In this document: positions 1 to 19,627 of the stretch, one piece after another
How the letters are laid out: each line of letters begins with the position of its first letter
Position numbering within the stretch: position 1 is the first letter of the stretch
Assembly: GCA_040954595.2 (NCBI GenBank)
Contig: CM082582.2
Location: 10,035,483 to 10,099,482 of the forward strand
From: Balanoglossus misakiensis
Taxonomy: Eukaryota > Animalia > Hemichordata
Length of the DNA stretch: 64,000 bases
Reading direction: 5' to 3'
Program-made: the position numbers and the translations under genes
Notes under the pieces: model-generated
The model's input: only the letters and a program-made list of their open reading frames with translations
Told to the model about the DNA's origin: nothing
Databases searched by the model: none

Positions 1-449
1 AAATATTGGCAAGATACATATATTTTACAATGTAGAGCCACCAACTTAGAAAATTGGCTGCGTCACGTCTTGTGTGAAACAATGGTTCATACATCACTAA
101 TATCATGGTTGTAAATCTGATAAAAGTGTGTTTACTTAATTAAGTGACAGCAAGGAGTGAGTGATGGGAGAGTAAAAGAAGGCTGGGACAATTGCTGTGC
201 ATGGCTGTAGATTATGGTCTATTGAAGTGATTGCAGTGAACAGAACGTTGTGCATTGTAGCATGCCATTCATTTGGAAGTACAAGAGCTAAACTTGACCT
301 CCATGACCTCAATCACTGAAGATGCTTGTCCAGTTGCTGCGAAACCAGGGTTAGGGTTGGTTCACTAAACACTAGTACTATCATGGCTCGCTTTTGACTT
401 CAATCATAGACAGCAGAAAAGTCTATGATTCAACAGGCAGAGAACTCAC

Positions 450-698
450 TTTTTCCTGGCTTGGGAAACTCCAATTGAATTCCTCAGACTTACGCTGGTA
501 AGTTACAGAGTGCAATCGTAGGAATTGTAACCGCAGTCGGGTGTGTTTGGAACAGAACGGAGCAAACAAATGGTGCCAGTGGTATTTGCAAGTTCCAGGG
601 GTAAGCAATGCGGCCGGGTAACTGAAAAGATGGTGGCCTGGTCCCGTGTGCAGTCGCTGAACTTTCGACCGGCCAAAGTCATAAATACCAGCTGTCAT
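450..698 (-). CDS. Possible first coding exon of an unidentified gene running off the left window edge
   Basis: ORF MTAGIYDFGRSKVQRL...FPSQEK ends at a strong phase-0 donor (AAA|GTGAGT) and has a GTCACGTG E-box just upstream (~719-726). Basic, acid-poor composition like a transit peptide. No family recognised. Confidence 0.3.
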
Positions 699-1306
699 GA
701 TCCCTATCACTTGTCTCGGTCACGTGGGCACAACAAGAGAGAAAGCGGCTTGAAAGAAAATATTGCATCCCCCAACCACCGTCATATTAGGGACTGGTCA
801 GTTTCTTCGGCCGGAGGCAGCGGCTGTGGGGGAGTTGTTTCATGACAGAAGAACCACACAGCCCTTGGTGGTATTTTAAAAGCGTTTTTTGTTTTATATA
901 ATTAGTGAAAAATTTGCACACTTCGTCCTGTCACTCTATACACAAAAATGTTAAATCAAATGACACTCGAATAAACTTCTTATTTTAAACCATCCTCCGC
1001 TATTCAGCTACTGAGAAGACGAAACATCGTCAGACATCCATGGTGAGAAAACAAATGTGTATTATCCCTAGGCCCTATATAAAATATAATCATACATGAA
1101 CCTTCCCCCAATATACTAGTAGTATCGACGTCACATATGTACACCACGTAATGATTACATCAAAGTATACTATATACCTTAGATATACTAGAACTATTTC
1201 CAATTAAAACATACCTTCGATTAAAAGAGGTATTGGACTTATGCTATAGTAATTATAATATATGCGCTTATATGCACATCTTGCTCATCGAGACGTCAAC
1301 AGAGAT

Positions 1307-4801
<3,495 letters not shown>

Positions 4802-5992
4802 TGTGTTGACTGTAGAAAAGCAAAATAATTAGCCTTGAAATGCATTCATACATACATGTACACTGACCATCCCCAACCCTGTCCATACCTTTAATTGTTG
4901 CGCCATTATAACGTGTGTGCGCATGACAGAACTTCAAGTTGAATGCACCGTCACAAATCATGCAAATGGCGGTGCCAACCTAATTGTCCGTAGAGTCGTG
5001 TGGTTGTATTCTTTTTCTTCAAAATGTAAGAAGGGCATAAGATTAAATTTTGAGAGTACCCGTTGATCATGGTGAAGTTTGGATCACCAAGACGACCGAT
5101 AACGAGTTGTTCAATTGATTTTCAACGCCAGGGGCCCAGATAATTGCGTAATATTACACAGTTCGCACATCTGACACAGCGCTTTAAAAACACGCAGCAT
5201 TTCACTGGTTTCACGCGATTCTATAGCATCTTGCCAGCCTTTAATCTCCATAGAGATACTATGATAAAAAGTAACTCGGACAGTAAGTGTATAATGAAGA
5301 CTAACTCATATGTAGCACAAAAGGAATACTTAAAATTGCCTGTTGCGTCACCTCACCACACTCAATTTCAAAATCCTCGGACTTTAACAGGCGCGCCGCG
5401 ATACGCATTTACCAGTACCGGCGCAAACTATACTTACGTATGTTGGCACGTCCCGTCAAAAATACTATCTAGATTTGTTGTTTGTGGAGATGTTGATAAT
5501 GTAACCTGTCAGGTGTGTGGCGCGCACAGCGACTGATCAGTTTTGCTGACACGACCCGTTGTTCGTGGATTGTTTGCACTGCAGTGACGTTATCGCTGTG
5601 ACGTGTACATACTGGTATTCCTTAATCGACCGCACAGTATCTGTTAACGCCATTTAAACGACCCCTTTTAATGGGCGCATTTAGCATCATTAGTAGCAAT
5701 TACCACGTGTGTTGGCCATTTGAAAGTTGCATGTACATGTACTGGACGGGATAGCAATGAAACATAAAGCATCTGGTGAAAGAGGACAATCAGGGTACCA
5801 GAACGGCGACCTCGAATTTTCTAGAGAAGACTCGACGTCATAAAAAGGTCGTTCACCTTCAGACAATAGGGTGGCGTCGCCATTTATAATGACAATAAAA
5901 AACCGGACCCTTGTGAGCAACTCTAAGACCATGACTCACCGTGCATTAGGACGTAAGAAGAAGTGTAAACGTATTTAGAGCCTGTTGGGGTC

Positions 5993-6729
5993 TAAGGGAC
6001 CGTTCAGTTTTTACGGCAGGGGGGGGCGGCAAGTTTGTGTCATCGGTTTTCAAAATCAGGCCGACCCCCCCCTTCACCCAGCCCAAAAAAATGATGACCC
6101 CCCCCCCCTTTGACAGACCCAAAAATATGATGACCCCCCCCCCCCACGCCGAAAACATTCGCCCTCCTGATCCCTATGTATACACTGTATGCAATAAAGG
6201 GAATGGGGCTCCTCACCCCTCAATTATAAATTTCTTAAAGTATTTGAATTATTTAATAATATCGTTGCAATAAAGAAATCTATGAACAAGATAAAATGAC
6301 AAGTCAATACAATAGTTGCTAGAATTGGTAAAACAAGAAAAGTGGCGGGGTGGGCGTGGGAGGGGGTGTCCCCCTCCCACATAAGAAAATTTTGTGAAAT
6401 ACGGTGCTCAAAGTTGCATTTTAATGAACTCAAAAGCAAATAAAGTCAATGTTAGGCAGGACGAATTTTGATTTTGCCACTCCACTCAAAGTAAGCATAG
6501 GGGTGGGGTGGGAATAAGTCTGCCCTGGTACACTAGACAAACCAGCGGATAAATGATATGTTGCATAGAATGTAGGGGGTGTTCTTATGTGGGAGGGGGT
6601 GTCCCCCTCCCACATAAGAAAATGTTGTAAAATATGTAGCTCAAAGTTGCATTTTTATGAACTCAAAAGCAAATTCATCTCAATGTTTGGGAGGACCAAT
6701 TTTATTTTTTGCCATTAGAAGATTTCCTT
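5993..6729. mobile_element. Repeat-rich spacer: one-ended MITE-like fragment plus two copies of a ~110 bp hairpin-containing repeat
   Basis: Begins TAAGGGACCGTTCAGTTTTTACGGCAGGGGG (MITE-like terminus, no matching right end seen). Direct repeats at ~6356-6470 and ~6589-6705 each contain GTGGGAGGGGG-TGT-CCCCCTCCCAC. Confidence 0.55.
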
Positions 6730-6746
6730 GAGACGTCAACAGAGAT

Positions 6747-10203
<3,457 letters not shown>

Positions 10204-11544
10204 TGTGTTGACTGTAGAAAAGAAAAATAATTAGCCTTGTGATTAAGTATTTATTCATCTTTTAAAACAACATGCATTCATACATACACTGACAATCCCC
10301 AACCCCGTCCATACCTTCAATTGTTGCACCATTATAACGTGTGTGCGCATGTCAGAACTTCAAGTTGAATGCGCCGTCACAAATCATGCAAATGGCGGTG
10401 CCAACCTAGTTGTCCGTAGAGTCGTGTGGTTGTATTTTTTTTTTCTTCAAAATGTAAGAAGGGCATAAGATTAAATTTTGAGAGTACCCGTTGATCAAGG
10501 TTAAGTTTGGATCACCAAGACGACCGATAACGAGTTATTCAATTGATTTTCAAGGCCAGGGGCCCAGATAATCTTTCCAAATTGCGTAATATTACACAGT
10601 TCGCACATCTGACACAGCGCTTTAAAAACACGCAGCATTTCACTGGTTTCACGCGATTCTATATAGCATCTTGCCAGCCTTTAATCTCCATAGAGATACT
10701 ATGATAAAAAGTAACTCGGACAGTAAGTGTATAATGAAGACTAACTAAAAGGAATACTTAAAATTGCCTGTTGCGTCACCTCACCACACTCAATTTCAAA
10801 ATCCTCGGACTTTAACAGGCGCGCCGCGATACGCATTTACCAGTACCGGCGCAAACTATACTTACGTATGTTAGCACGTCCCGTCAAAAATACTATCTAG
10901 ATTTGTTGTCTGTGGAGATGTTGATAATGTAACCTGTCAGGTGTGTGGCGCGCACAGCGACTGATCAGTTTTGCTGACACGACCGCAGTCGTTCATGGAT
11001 TGTTTGCACTGCAGTGACGTTATCGTCGTGACGTGTACATAACAGTACACCGTATTCCATAATCGACCGCACAGTATCTATTAACGCCATTTAAACGACC
11101 CCTTTTAATGGGCGCATTTAGCATCATTATTAGCAATTAACACTTGCGTTAATTTGGTACATGTACTGGACGGGATAGCAATGAAACATATAGCATCTGG
11201 TGAAAGAGGACAACCAGGGTACCAGAACGGCGACCACGAATTTTCTAAAGTGGACTCGACGTCATAAAAAGGTCGTTCACCTTCAGACAAACTGGTGACG
11301 TCGCCATTTATACTGACAATAGAAAATCGGACCCTCGTGAGCAACCCTAAGACCCTCGTGAGCAACCCTAAGACCATGACTCACCGTGCATTATCGGAAA
11401 GTAAGAAAGACGTAAGAAGAAGTGTAAACGTATTTAGGGCCTGTTGGGGTCTAAGGTGCTTGACGAAAACCTCGGGTGTATGGTCGCCCAACGTCACTTT
11501 AATCATAGACAGACATTTCTACTGTCTATGATCAAAGTAAAAGA

Positions 11545-11658
11545 TAATATGTAGATTTTATTTTGCTCATATTGTAAAAATGTCAAAATCTTCTTAAAAG
11601 CTAATATGTAGATTTTATTTTGCTCATATTGTAAAAATGTCAAAAACTTCTTAAAAGC
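11545..11658. repeat. 57 bp x2 tandem repeat downstream of the NAT gene
   Basis: TAATATGTAGATTTTATTTTGCTCATATTGTAAAAATGTCAAAA(T/A)CTTCTTAAAAGC occurs twice with one mismatch. Confidence 0.95.
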
Positions 11659-11803
11659 AATAAAAACAGGGCATACGCACGATATAATGCCTCAAAATTA
11701 ATGTCCGGTAACCCGACCTATCCTAGTTACTAGACATAACAATAATTTTACTTGACTATACAGTCAGTGTATTTAATTTCGTGATCAGTTGGCCACCCTC
11801 AGC

Positions 11804-12502
11804 CTACCGGTGACTAACATTCGACTTTTTTTCCAGAGGCAAACAATACCGGTGGACATACAATTTCAACAACACGAAGTTCACCACACAACGCTCTTGC
11901 TGAAGTTGGAAGCCTTTCCGCCGATATAACCTCTCTGCGGGGCGCATCCAACGTCCCGTATCCAGGTATAATTCTTCGTAGTTGTGTTTCGCCGCGAAGG
12001 CAACCACCACGTCTGTCAATTTGCTCGCAATCCCAGAACTCCTGTAGTCCGCGGCTACACTCATGGTCCGCAGCTCTGCCCTGGCGGGGTCGCGGCTGTC
12101 TCCCTTCACGGCGATCACACCGATGACCCTTCCCCCGTGTTCCGCCACCCACATGTGGTTCCTTGGGTAGTCCATGTAGTGCGCCTTGATGTCGCTCAGG
12201 TCCCCGTCGACGCGCGATGAAACGTGTAGGTTCAGCGCAAGCACGCCGAGGAGATATGTGACAGCCGCCAGAACTAACAACGTCAAGAAAGGCAAAACGG
12301 CCGATTGAGAAACAAGAGATACACCCACTGCAGCCATGACAACCACCCAAAAAGACGCATTTTGAAAGTTATATTTGTACATGGATCCCCTAAACTCCAG
12401 CACCCCGGCTCGGAAAATCTTCTTGACAGCAAATCCATCTGTGTCTCGGAAGCTTCGGATCCTGACATTTCCCTTGGGGGTTACAAACACTACATCACCC
12501 AT
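11804..12502 (-). CDS. Camello/NAT8-like GNAT N-acetyltransferase, single coding exon, 232 aa
   Basis: N-terminal IR.F...D, central hydrophobic hairpin, DLSDIKAHY..., acetyl-CoA motif A (MSVAADYRSSGIA), AERLYRRKGF. Splice acceptor (TCTAACAG) just upstream of the ATG. Confidence 0.88.
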   Translation of the reverse strand: MGDVVFVTPKGNVRIRSFRDTDGFAVKKIFRAGVLEFRGSMYKYNFQNASFWVVVMAAVGVSLVSQSAVLPFLTLLVLAAVTYLLGVLALNLHVSSRVDGDLSDIKAHYMDYPRNHMWVAEHGGRVIGVIAVKGDSRDPARAELRTMSVAADYRSSGIASKLTDVVVAFAAKHNYEELYLDTGRWMRPAERLYRRKGFQLQQERCVVNFVLLKLYVHRYCLPLEKKSNVSHR

Positions 12503-13300
12503 TGTGTGTAAAGCTACCTGTTAGAGTAAAAAAGGGAGAAAAATAATCAAGCTCCCATGTTCTATAGGCCTATAAAATGCTTGACAGATGTCCCTATCTG
12601 TCTGTCTGTCTGTCTCTTGAGTGTGCATTTGGTTGTCTGTCTGTCTGTCTGTCAGTTAACACCACACCTCAAGAGTAGTGTAACTGATTTAAAGCCTCTT
12701 GTAGCTGTAAAATGTAGCTTCTGTTCCGCAATCCTGTTCTGCGTATCGCCTATAGCTTAGCTGTGGTAACGCAGCTGTACCACCGTGACCGCTTTCCAAG
12801 ATGGCCGCTGAGAGAAGAACATATCAGCCTCTGAATGGCAAAAACTGTTACCACAATGCAGTGTTTTCCTTTCTTGCCGTCTGCCTCTGCTTTGTTAGTT
12901 ATAGTGCTTCAAGCGGCGTGTAATATGTCCCCATCGACTGGCGCTTATCCCATCGGAGGCTCACGTTTTGGAAATACACGTACGCACATCTTTCACCCCT
13001 TTTTGACCTCACGTGTTAAAGGGTCCCTGGTTCTCGCAATTAGTTCATGCTTTTATACATTGAATAATTATTTGGTGCAAAGCCCCTGTCTTCCAAATGC
13101 CTTTGCCTTTAAATGGAAGCTCCCTTAGGCGTACTTTTCCTCAGCAGACGCGATCAAGCGAAGCCGTGTTCGCCGGGGACAGACAAACCTGTTCCGTCGC
13201 CTGGACAACTGCCTCGTTGTAGGCGAGACTCGATGAACTCCGAAAAACATAATAATCGGAAGAAATCCACGTAGAGGGCGTGTCGATTCAGCGCAACAAA
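12503..13300. promoter_or_regulatory. Probable bidirectional promoter region, NAT8-like / IMPase
   Basis: Head-to-head genes ~800 bp apart. CpG-rich, with YY1-like CAAGATGGCCGC (~12797) and AAAATGGCGG at the IMPase start. Confidence 0.5.
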
Positions 13301-16300
13301 ATGGCGGACAGAGATAGTAATCAGGCGAAAAAGCCTCGCAGCGAAAATGAAGCCGATTATGACAAGTATTTCGATGTCGGTGTCAGTATTGCAAGAGAAG
13401 CGGGTGAGGTAAGATGATTTTAAATAATTTACAACAATTTTTTAGGGGGGAAAAACAATAGAAGTAAGCTTGATGGGATTCTAAAGTAGTCGGAGCGCTA
13501 CCTGCCAACGAACGATGGATGGATGGTCCTGTCTAATCTACTGTACATGTACATGATTGTCATTCATTGTGTTGTGTAACGTCGGGTAATCTTTGCCGTA
13601 CAATGAATTGACAATGTATGTTCCTTTCACCACAAATAAAACGTGCGATGGCCAGTATATCCACGTGCGTCTAAAATATGTGACATTTTACTGTCGGGGG
13701 TTGTCAGTTGTGGTAATGTAAAATCACAGGTGAGACTTGGCAAAGGTGAGAAAGCATAGAGTCCATGGTTCCATCATGCATACCCAACCACAAATTACGA
13801 CACCTCTGCCAAGTTTGGGTTAGCACCATGGCATAATCACAGACTGTACATTTTTGTGATGCCACATTTTTCAATAGGTGATCCGCGAAGCATACAAACT
13901 CGAAAAAAGGGTACTGACGAAGAGCTCAGCGGCAGACTTGGTCACGGAAACGGATCAAAGAGTGGAAAAAATGATCATCTCCTTGCTGACAGAGAAATTT
14001 CCCACACACAGGTGAGACAACAAATCCATTTACAGTATTTTCGTTATCTTTTTACAATTTACAGTTGATACATATTCATCTGAATTTGAACATATTCCAA
14101 CATCCCTCCCCAACATCCCTCCCTCTTGTGATCGCAAATTTTCATCAGCTTTATAGGTGAAGAGTCAGTGGCCGCTGGACAACACTGTGAACTCACGGAT
14201 AACCCTACGTGGATCATTGATCCCATCGATGGAACAACCAACTTTGTACATAGGTAAGTTCTGTTGTCTGGTGGGAGGGGCATAGAGGTCACTTTTTTCA
14301 TCCCTCACACGGGAACCCCAAATGATCACTTCTTGTACACAGAAGCCACCCAGTACCTCTCCCTGATTATTCTCTGACTCGTAATTTCTCTCTTCTGCGG
14401 CAGGTTTCCATTTGCTGCAGTGTGTATGGGACTAGTTGTAAATAAGCAAGCCCAAATAGGCATCGTCTACAATGCAATTCAAGATGAAATGTTCACCGCC
14501 AGGCTGGGACGAGGAGCTCAGTGCAACGGACAGACTATGCACGTGTCTGGTCAGGAAGGTAGGCACAAACAGTCTGAATAATTATGAATGCATCCAACAT
14601 TCATCGGTCAAGTCTTGAGATCAGAGAATAGAGTGCAGGTTTTTACAATGAAAACAAAACAAAACAATACCACTGCTGAGTATGGTATAGTGTGCTGTCG
14701 TGGACTTTGGTTCGTAATAACAGGATTCATCGAAAGTGATTGATCGATTGAACATCATTGATGCACTCTGACCCCTGGTCACATGTTATGCCATTTGCTC
14801 GTTTTCTTCCCGAATAGGTTCTGAGGGTTTAACTGGAAACCTGTCTATACTGGACACCACGATCAAATGAACCTGTATAAACCAGACACCAAATCTGACA
14901 GTATTACCAATTATTGATCCCTTCACTTGACAGGCTTTGCTGTACATGTACACATTTTGTTTTGTCCACACACATTCACAGTATCCTACTTGTCATACTG
15001 ATTGTTTTGCGTCGTTAGATAAAACATGTTCCTCAACGTTTCCTTGCAGAATGTGGCGGACGTCTTGTGCTCTCCTAGCGCCCCACTTAGAACTGTCTTT
15101 AACTCGGGTGGCATTTTCTTCCAGATCTTAGTCAAGCCTTGCTTCTGACGGAGGTCGGGTCCAGTCGAGACGCTGATAGGATAAAAACTGTGCTTGATAA
15201 TATTGAGAAACTTATCTCCGCTCCTGCCCATGGGTATATATCTAATCCACAATTTTGCTACATTCGTTTATTTACTTCTTCGTCACGCTGTGTGTTGGGA
15301 ATTGATAGGAATGGACCCGGAGGGTTGAAGAGAGACACTCTGATGTTCAAAATCATAAAAATAGAAATTAAAAAAATGAAAAAATAGTTCTAAAATAGTC
15401 TTTGAGCAAACAAAAATTCAATTTTTTCAAGCCAGTCATACATCTTGGGCAAATTTTTCCATTTCTTGGTTCATCCCTATCAACGACCGTTACCATCAAA
15501 CCTTAGTAAATGGACGCCCTTGCACTGCCCTGAAAGTGTTAGCTCATGCTTCTCCTATGCAAATTTACTCCACTTCATAACTCAACGGGGTACGCTGTAT
15601 TGATACAGTGACATCCCGTCAAAAATACTTGCATCATGATGATACGTTAATTCTTCAGAAATGAGCAGGGACGGACATTTCAGGGTTGCCATCATATACA
15701 TCTAACTAAAAACAAAAGGTACTACAGCAAGTGAAGGCTAACAGCTGTTGCCTCGCTGCGGCGTGTGTGTTTGCTCCATTCCTCCAGAGCTGAGTCAGGC
15801 ACTCTTGTTAGTTGGTTTTGGAATACATAAAAGACGAGACCCCAGTGCGCAATGGAAGAACAATATTTCTAGTCTACTTTCCCAGGCAGATGGTGTGCAT
15901 GGGTAATTAGAAATTTCTACCATTGCTCAGTTTTGAATCATCCCCCGTCGCTTTCTTTGTGAGTTGTCCTCCCATCTCCTGTGTGTCTCTGTGTCTCCTA
16001 CATGTTGAAATTAAATTAAAAAAAAAAAATTTCTGTTACTGTACTGACTGTTTGGTGTGTTAACCGTAGTGTCTGTGTTATCCTATAATTCTAACTGTAA
16101 AAGTCTTTCTACTCTGACTTTAAAAATGGACAGGGTTACCGTTTTGATTGTGTATCTCGTTTCATTGTGGAAGACGTTTGCATCATGCTTAATGAGTCAT
16201 CAGAATATTGCTCTAGTCTAGTCTGTGACAGGATATTAAAATCTGGTATTTAATTATAGTCATGAATAGAGTTTAGTAGCACTGACAAGCCAGTATATCA

Positions 16301-17211
16301 GATTCTACAATTAAATCGAACCGTGGGAGTCAGATTAAACAAAATCATCGTTGAGCAAAATTACATCATAATGATGGGAGATTAATTCCCCTGTAGTCTT
16401 GAAAGTTCAAAGGTCACTGCCTGCCACATTATTGAAATCTATTGCATAGAAGGTATGAATAATCTTCTTTCATTTGAGTTGGTAATTACAAAGTCATTAA
16501 ATCGTAAAGTGTGACATGACAAGAGGTTCATTTTTACTTGACCATAGGGGTGTGAAAAATTACCAACATAGGTGGACAATATTCTCATACCTTTCATATG
16601 CTTACAGAGCCAATCAGTTCAGCTTAATTTTTGGCCACAGAGGACGTGTAAAAAAAATTGTCTTTAATTTGGTATAATTATCAATAAACCATTATGAATA
16701 CATCTGTGACACTGCAGTAGTAAAAATCATAAATGTCCTCTGTATCGTAATTTCAAGCTGAGCTGATTTTCCCAGTAAAATCAATTCCTTATAATTCGTT
16801 CCTTGAAGTAAGTTTACATTCTTGCCAACAGGTTCCGCTCACTAGGCTCGGCCGCTTTGAACATGTGTGAAGTTGCCAGGGGCAACGCTGATGCGTACTA
16901 CGAGTTTGGAATCCACTGCTGGGACTTCGCCGCCAGTGATTTGATCGTCAGGGAAGCTGGTGGAGTGGTGGTTGATACTGAAGGTATGTTGTCAATTATT
17001 GGATGCTTTCATCATGTATACAGTGTAATTTTACTCGAGCAAAAGATAGCTGGTTGACAGAGCATATAATAATTTTATCTAATAACTTTCATTTGCTTTC
17101 CCAGGTGGAGAGTTGGACCTCATGGCCAGACGAGTCCTCGCCGCGAGCAGCAAGCAACTGGCCGAATCGATCAGCTCCAAACTGCAACACTTGGTTCTAC
17201 CGAGGGACTGA
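13301..17211 (+). CDS. IMPA1: Inositol monophosphatase. Exons 13301-13408, 13878-14011, 14149-14253, 14404-14558, [15125-15233 OR 15788-15902], 16832-16983, 17105-17211
   Basis: Motifs [48 protein letters not shown]. All junctions GT-AG and in frame. Confidence 0.95.
15788..15902 (+). CDS. IMPA1: Alternative (mutually exclusive) IMPase exon 5B
   Basis: CCTCCAG| acceptor, GG|GTAATT donor, same phases (1 to 2) as exon 5A. Open frame [12 protein letters not shown]...GVHG is homologous to [12 protein letters not shown]...PAHG. Confidence 0.85.
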
Positions 17212-18659
17212 TTACCCATTCTCTGAAATACTACTAAAAAAATGAAATACTGGGACCACGAGGTTTAAAAAAATGATCTCTATTTCTTCACACAGACTTT
17301 GGCACATGATGGGACCTGTGCAGTAGTTTTGGAGCAGGGTTAAAATTCTAGCACAAATATTTAACGTTATTGGAACTTTAACACCAGAAAACACACTTCT
17401 GACCAAAAAAGACAATTTTGTTTGCTGCACTGTCATTATCTTAGATCTCAGATAATTTATCATTAACATAGATTTGAAGATTTGGTTTTTGGTCTGCACC
17501 AGTTCAGTAGTCGCTGAAGCAGAAAGAATATTTTCTCTCTCTACTTTGTCATTATGTAACAATTTTTCCCATGTTCAGGAGCAAAATCAAAATACAAAAT
17601 ACCTTTTACATTATTTACCACATCTCAACCAGTAGATTACTTTAAACAGCTTCTTCCAGCTGTAATAAAGACAAGTGGATGTAACCCTTTTCACCCCCAT
17701 ATCCTAGTGTTTGGACTAACCAAGTGGTCCTAATCCTGTCACCCCTGCATCCAAGTGTGTTGGCCCTACCCCACCATTGGAAGCCGAGGGGGTCGTGATG
17801 AAAACATCAAACAATACCATTTACACAACGGACGAGTATTCCTGCATATCGATGCTCAAGCATGTGATATCCCAGTAGTGTGCCACCAAATCCTTTTCCA
17901 TCCTCCATTTCACATCAAAATATCGAGAGTGGCGAATTGAAATTTGAAACCCATGAAGAACCGTGATGTGCTTATTGAGAAAATCGACCATCAATGCAAT
18001 GTACAGTTGGTTTAACACAGGAAACACAGCTCTGTGAATTATGATCATAATATTTCTTGAGACAAATACAATTGTTAAAACGGATGACTTTGCACTTGTG
18101 ACTTCAATTATGACATCGAGATCTGACTTTTTTTACATGTATATTGTTTTGACCTCTGGTACAATTAAAGGAAGACTCCTTTGTTATTTTATCGAACAAA
18201 ACAATTTCACGGACTCTGCGACAAAACATGATTATCACCTCTTGGTGACACGGCTCAGAATTATATTACTTAAAATCATATCCTGCAATGTTGAATATTT
18301 TTTAAAGACGTGATCTCAGGTTGCCACGATGCTGCTTTGTCGTAGCACACACTTAATTTGGATATTGTAGAGATGTTACTGTTCAATTATCGGTCGGAAA
18401 GCAATGAGAATTCAGTTATTTTTCATCAGGTGCAAGAATACAGCAGAACCATGGAGAGGAGTGTGCTTCAGTCTAATGTCTTTCAAACCTTCCTACAAAA
18501 ACAATTTTCCTTGAAGCAAGCTCTCTCTCCATCCATCATTGTCGTACGTTTTTAAACAGTGATGTATATGTGGTAATCCGTGTCATTTCGCTCTTCGATG
18601 TCAGCTCTTTCTAGTTCTTTGTAGTCTAGTGCGCAAGTCAGCGCAAAGTGACGAGAGTT

Positions 18660-18864
18660 TTAAAAGGCGAGAGGCACGAGAACTGTGGCTGACACGCGAT
18701 AATGTCGGAAACATGCTAGAAAATTGGCCTGCTCTGGAAAAGAACGTTTCGAGCAGATGATGAAGAAATCACACGCAGGATTTTTTTCTGCAGTTCATTT
18801 GAAATACGGTGGTCTATTACAACCTGCTGAATATCTGAAATACTCTAAGCCTCTCGCCTCTTAA
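18660..18864. mobile_element. ~197 bp MITE with TTAA flanks (Kolobok-like termini)
   Basis: TTAA-AAGGCGAGAGGC ... GCCTCTCGCCTC-TTAA: 11/12 bp terminal inverted repeat, TTAA on both sides, purine-purine termini. Confidence 0.6.
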
Positions 18865-19627
18865 AACAGTCCATGACACGAATTGATGATACTAAATTGT
18901 TTCCGAGTATTAAAGAAAAAGTAACTTGCCGTGGATAAGTGTAATTGCAAGGGAATGTCGTGGGTTTGTATTCACCCTTGAGACAATTGTAGAATTATAG
19001 CTAATTAATATTAATGATAATAAATCAGCATATTAGAAATACAGTTGTGTGATTGTTTTACCATCTGGAACGGAAATTTCTAGTCGTATGTATAAAATGC
19101 AAAAAAGTAAGTTTTTGAACTGGTTAGCTCCTAATCATGTAGTACAATTATGGGGTTCTAGTCACAGAATATGGACAATAAAGATATCCTGGTCTAACTC
19201 TCAATGAAATGCCAATTTTCGAGACCCCCAATATGGATTTCCTGAAATTTATGACTCGGATTTCTTTGTTTAAAAGTTGTTTCCTTTCCTGTACTCTTGC
19301 TAGTGCACGCCCATCTAAGCACGACACTGCGAGGCCAATTGAGGTCATCGGGAGGCCGTGTGCCCTGACTGGGGCGTGATGCTCTTTAAAGACGCAGCTG
19401 ATCATGACGTACAAAAGTTAAACCTCCCACATACTGTTTATGAAGGGGGTCTTTCCTATTGCATTGTATATAATCACGCCCTGGTGTTTGACTCTCCGTA
19501 TTCACATCAACCATTTTCGACCACAATAGTCAACTCGCATCTACTCAATAACTTCTCTGCCATACTTTCCCAAGGTCGGGTTGGACGTTCACGAGCACCG
19601 CCGCAGAGATACAACGCCGGGGACAAT

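Noticed and set aside
11814-12350. 178 aa ORF overlapping the NAT gene in another frame
   Set aside because: No recognisable motif. Shadow ORF expected in a GC-rich coding exon.
15050-15080. Possible third IMPase exon 5 variant after TTCCTTGCAG
   Set aside because: In-frame TAG after nine codons and no similarity to 5A or 5B.
15611-15629. AC(A/G)TCCCGTCAAAAATACT shared with the P450 upstream regions (~5448, ~10876)
   Set aside because: Too short, with no flanking homology. Cannot be distinguished from chance or a repeat remnant.
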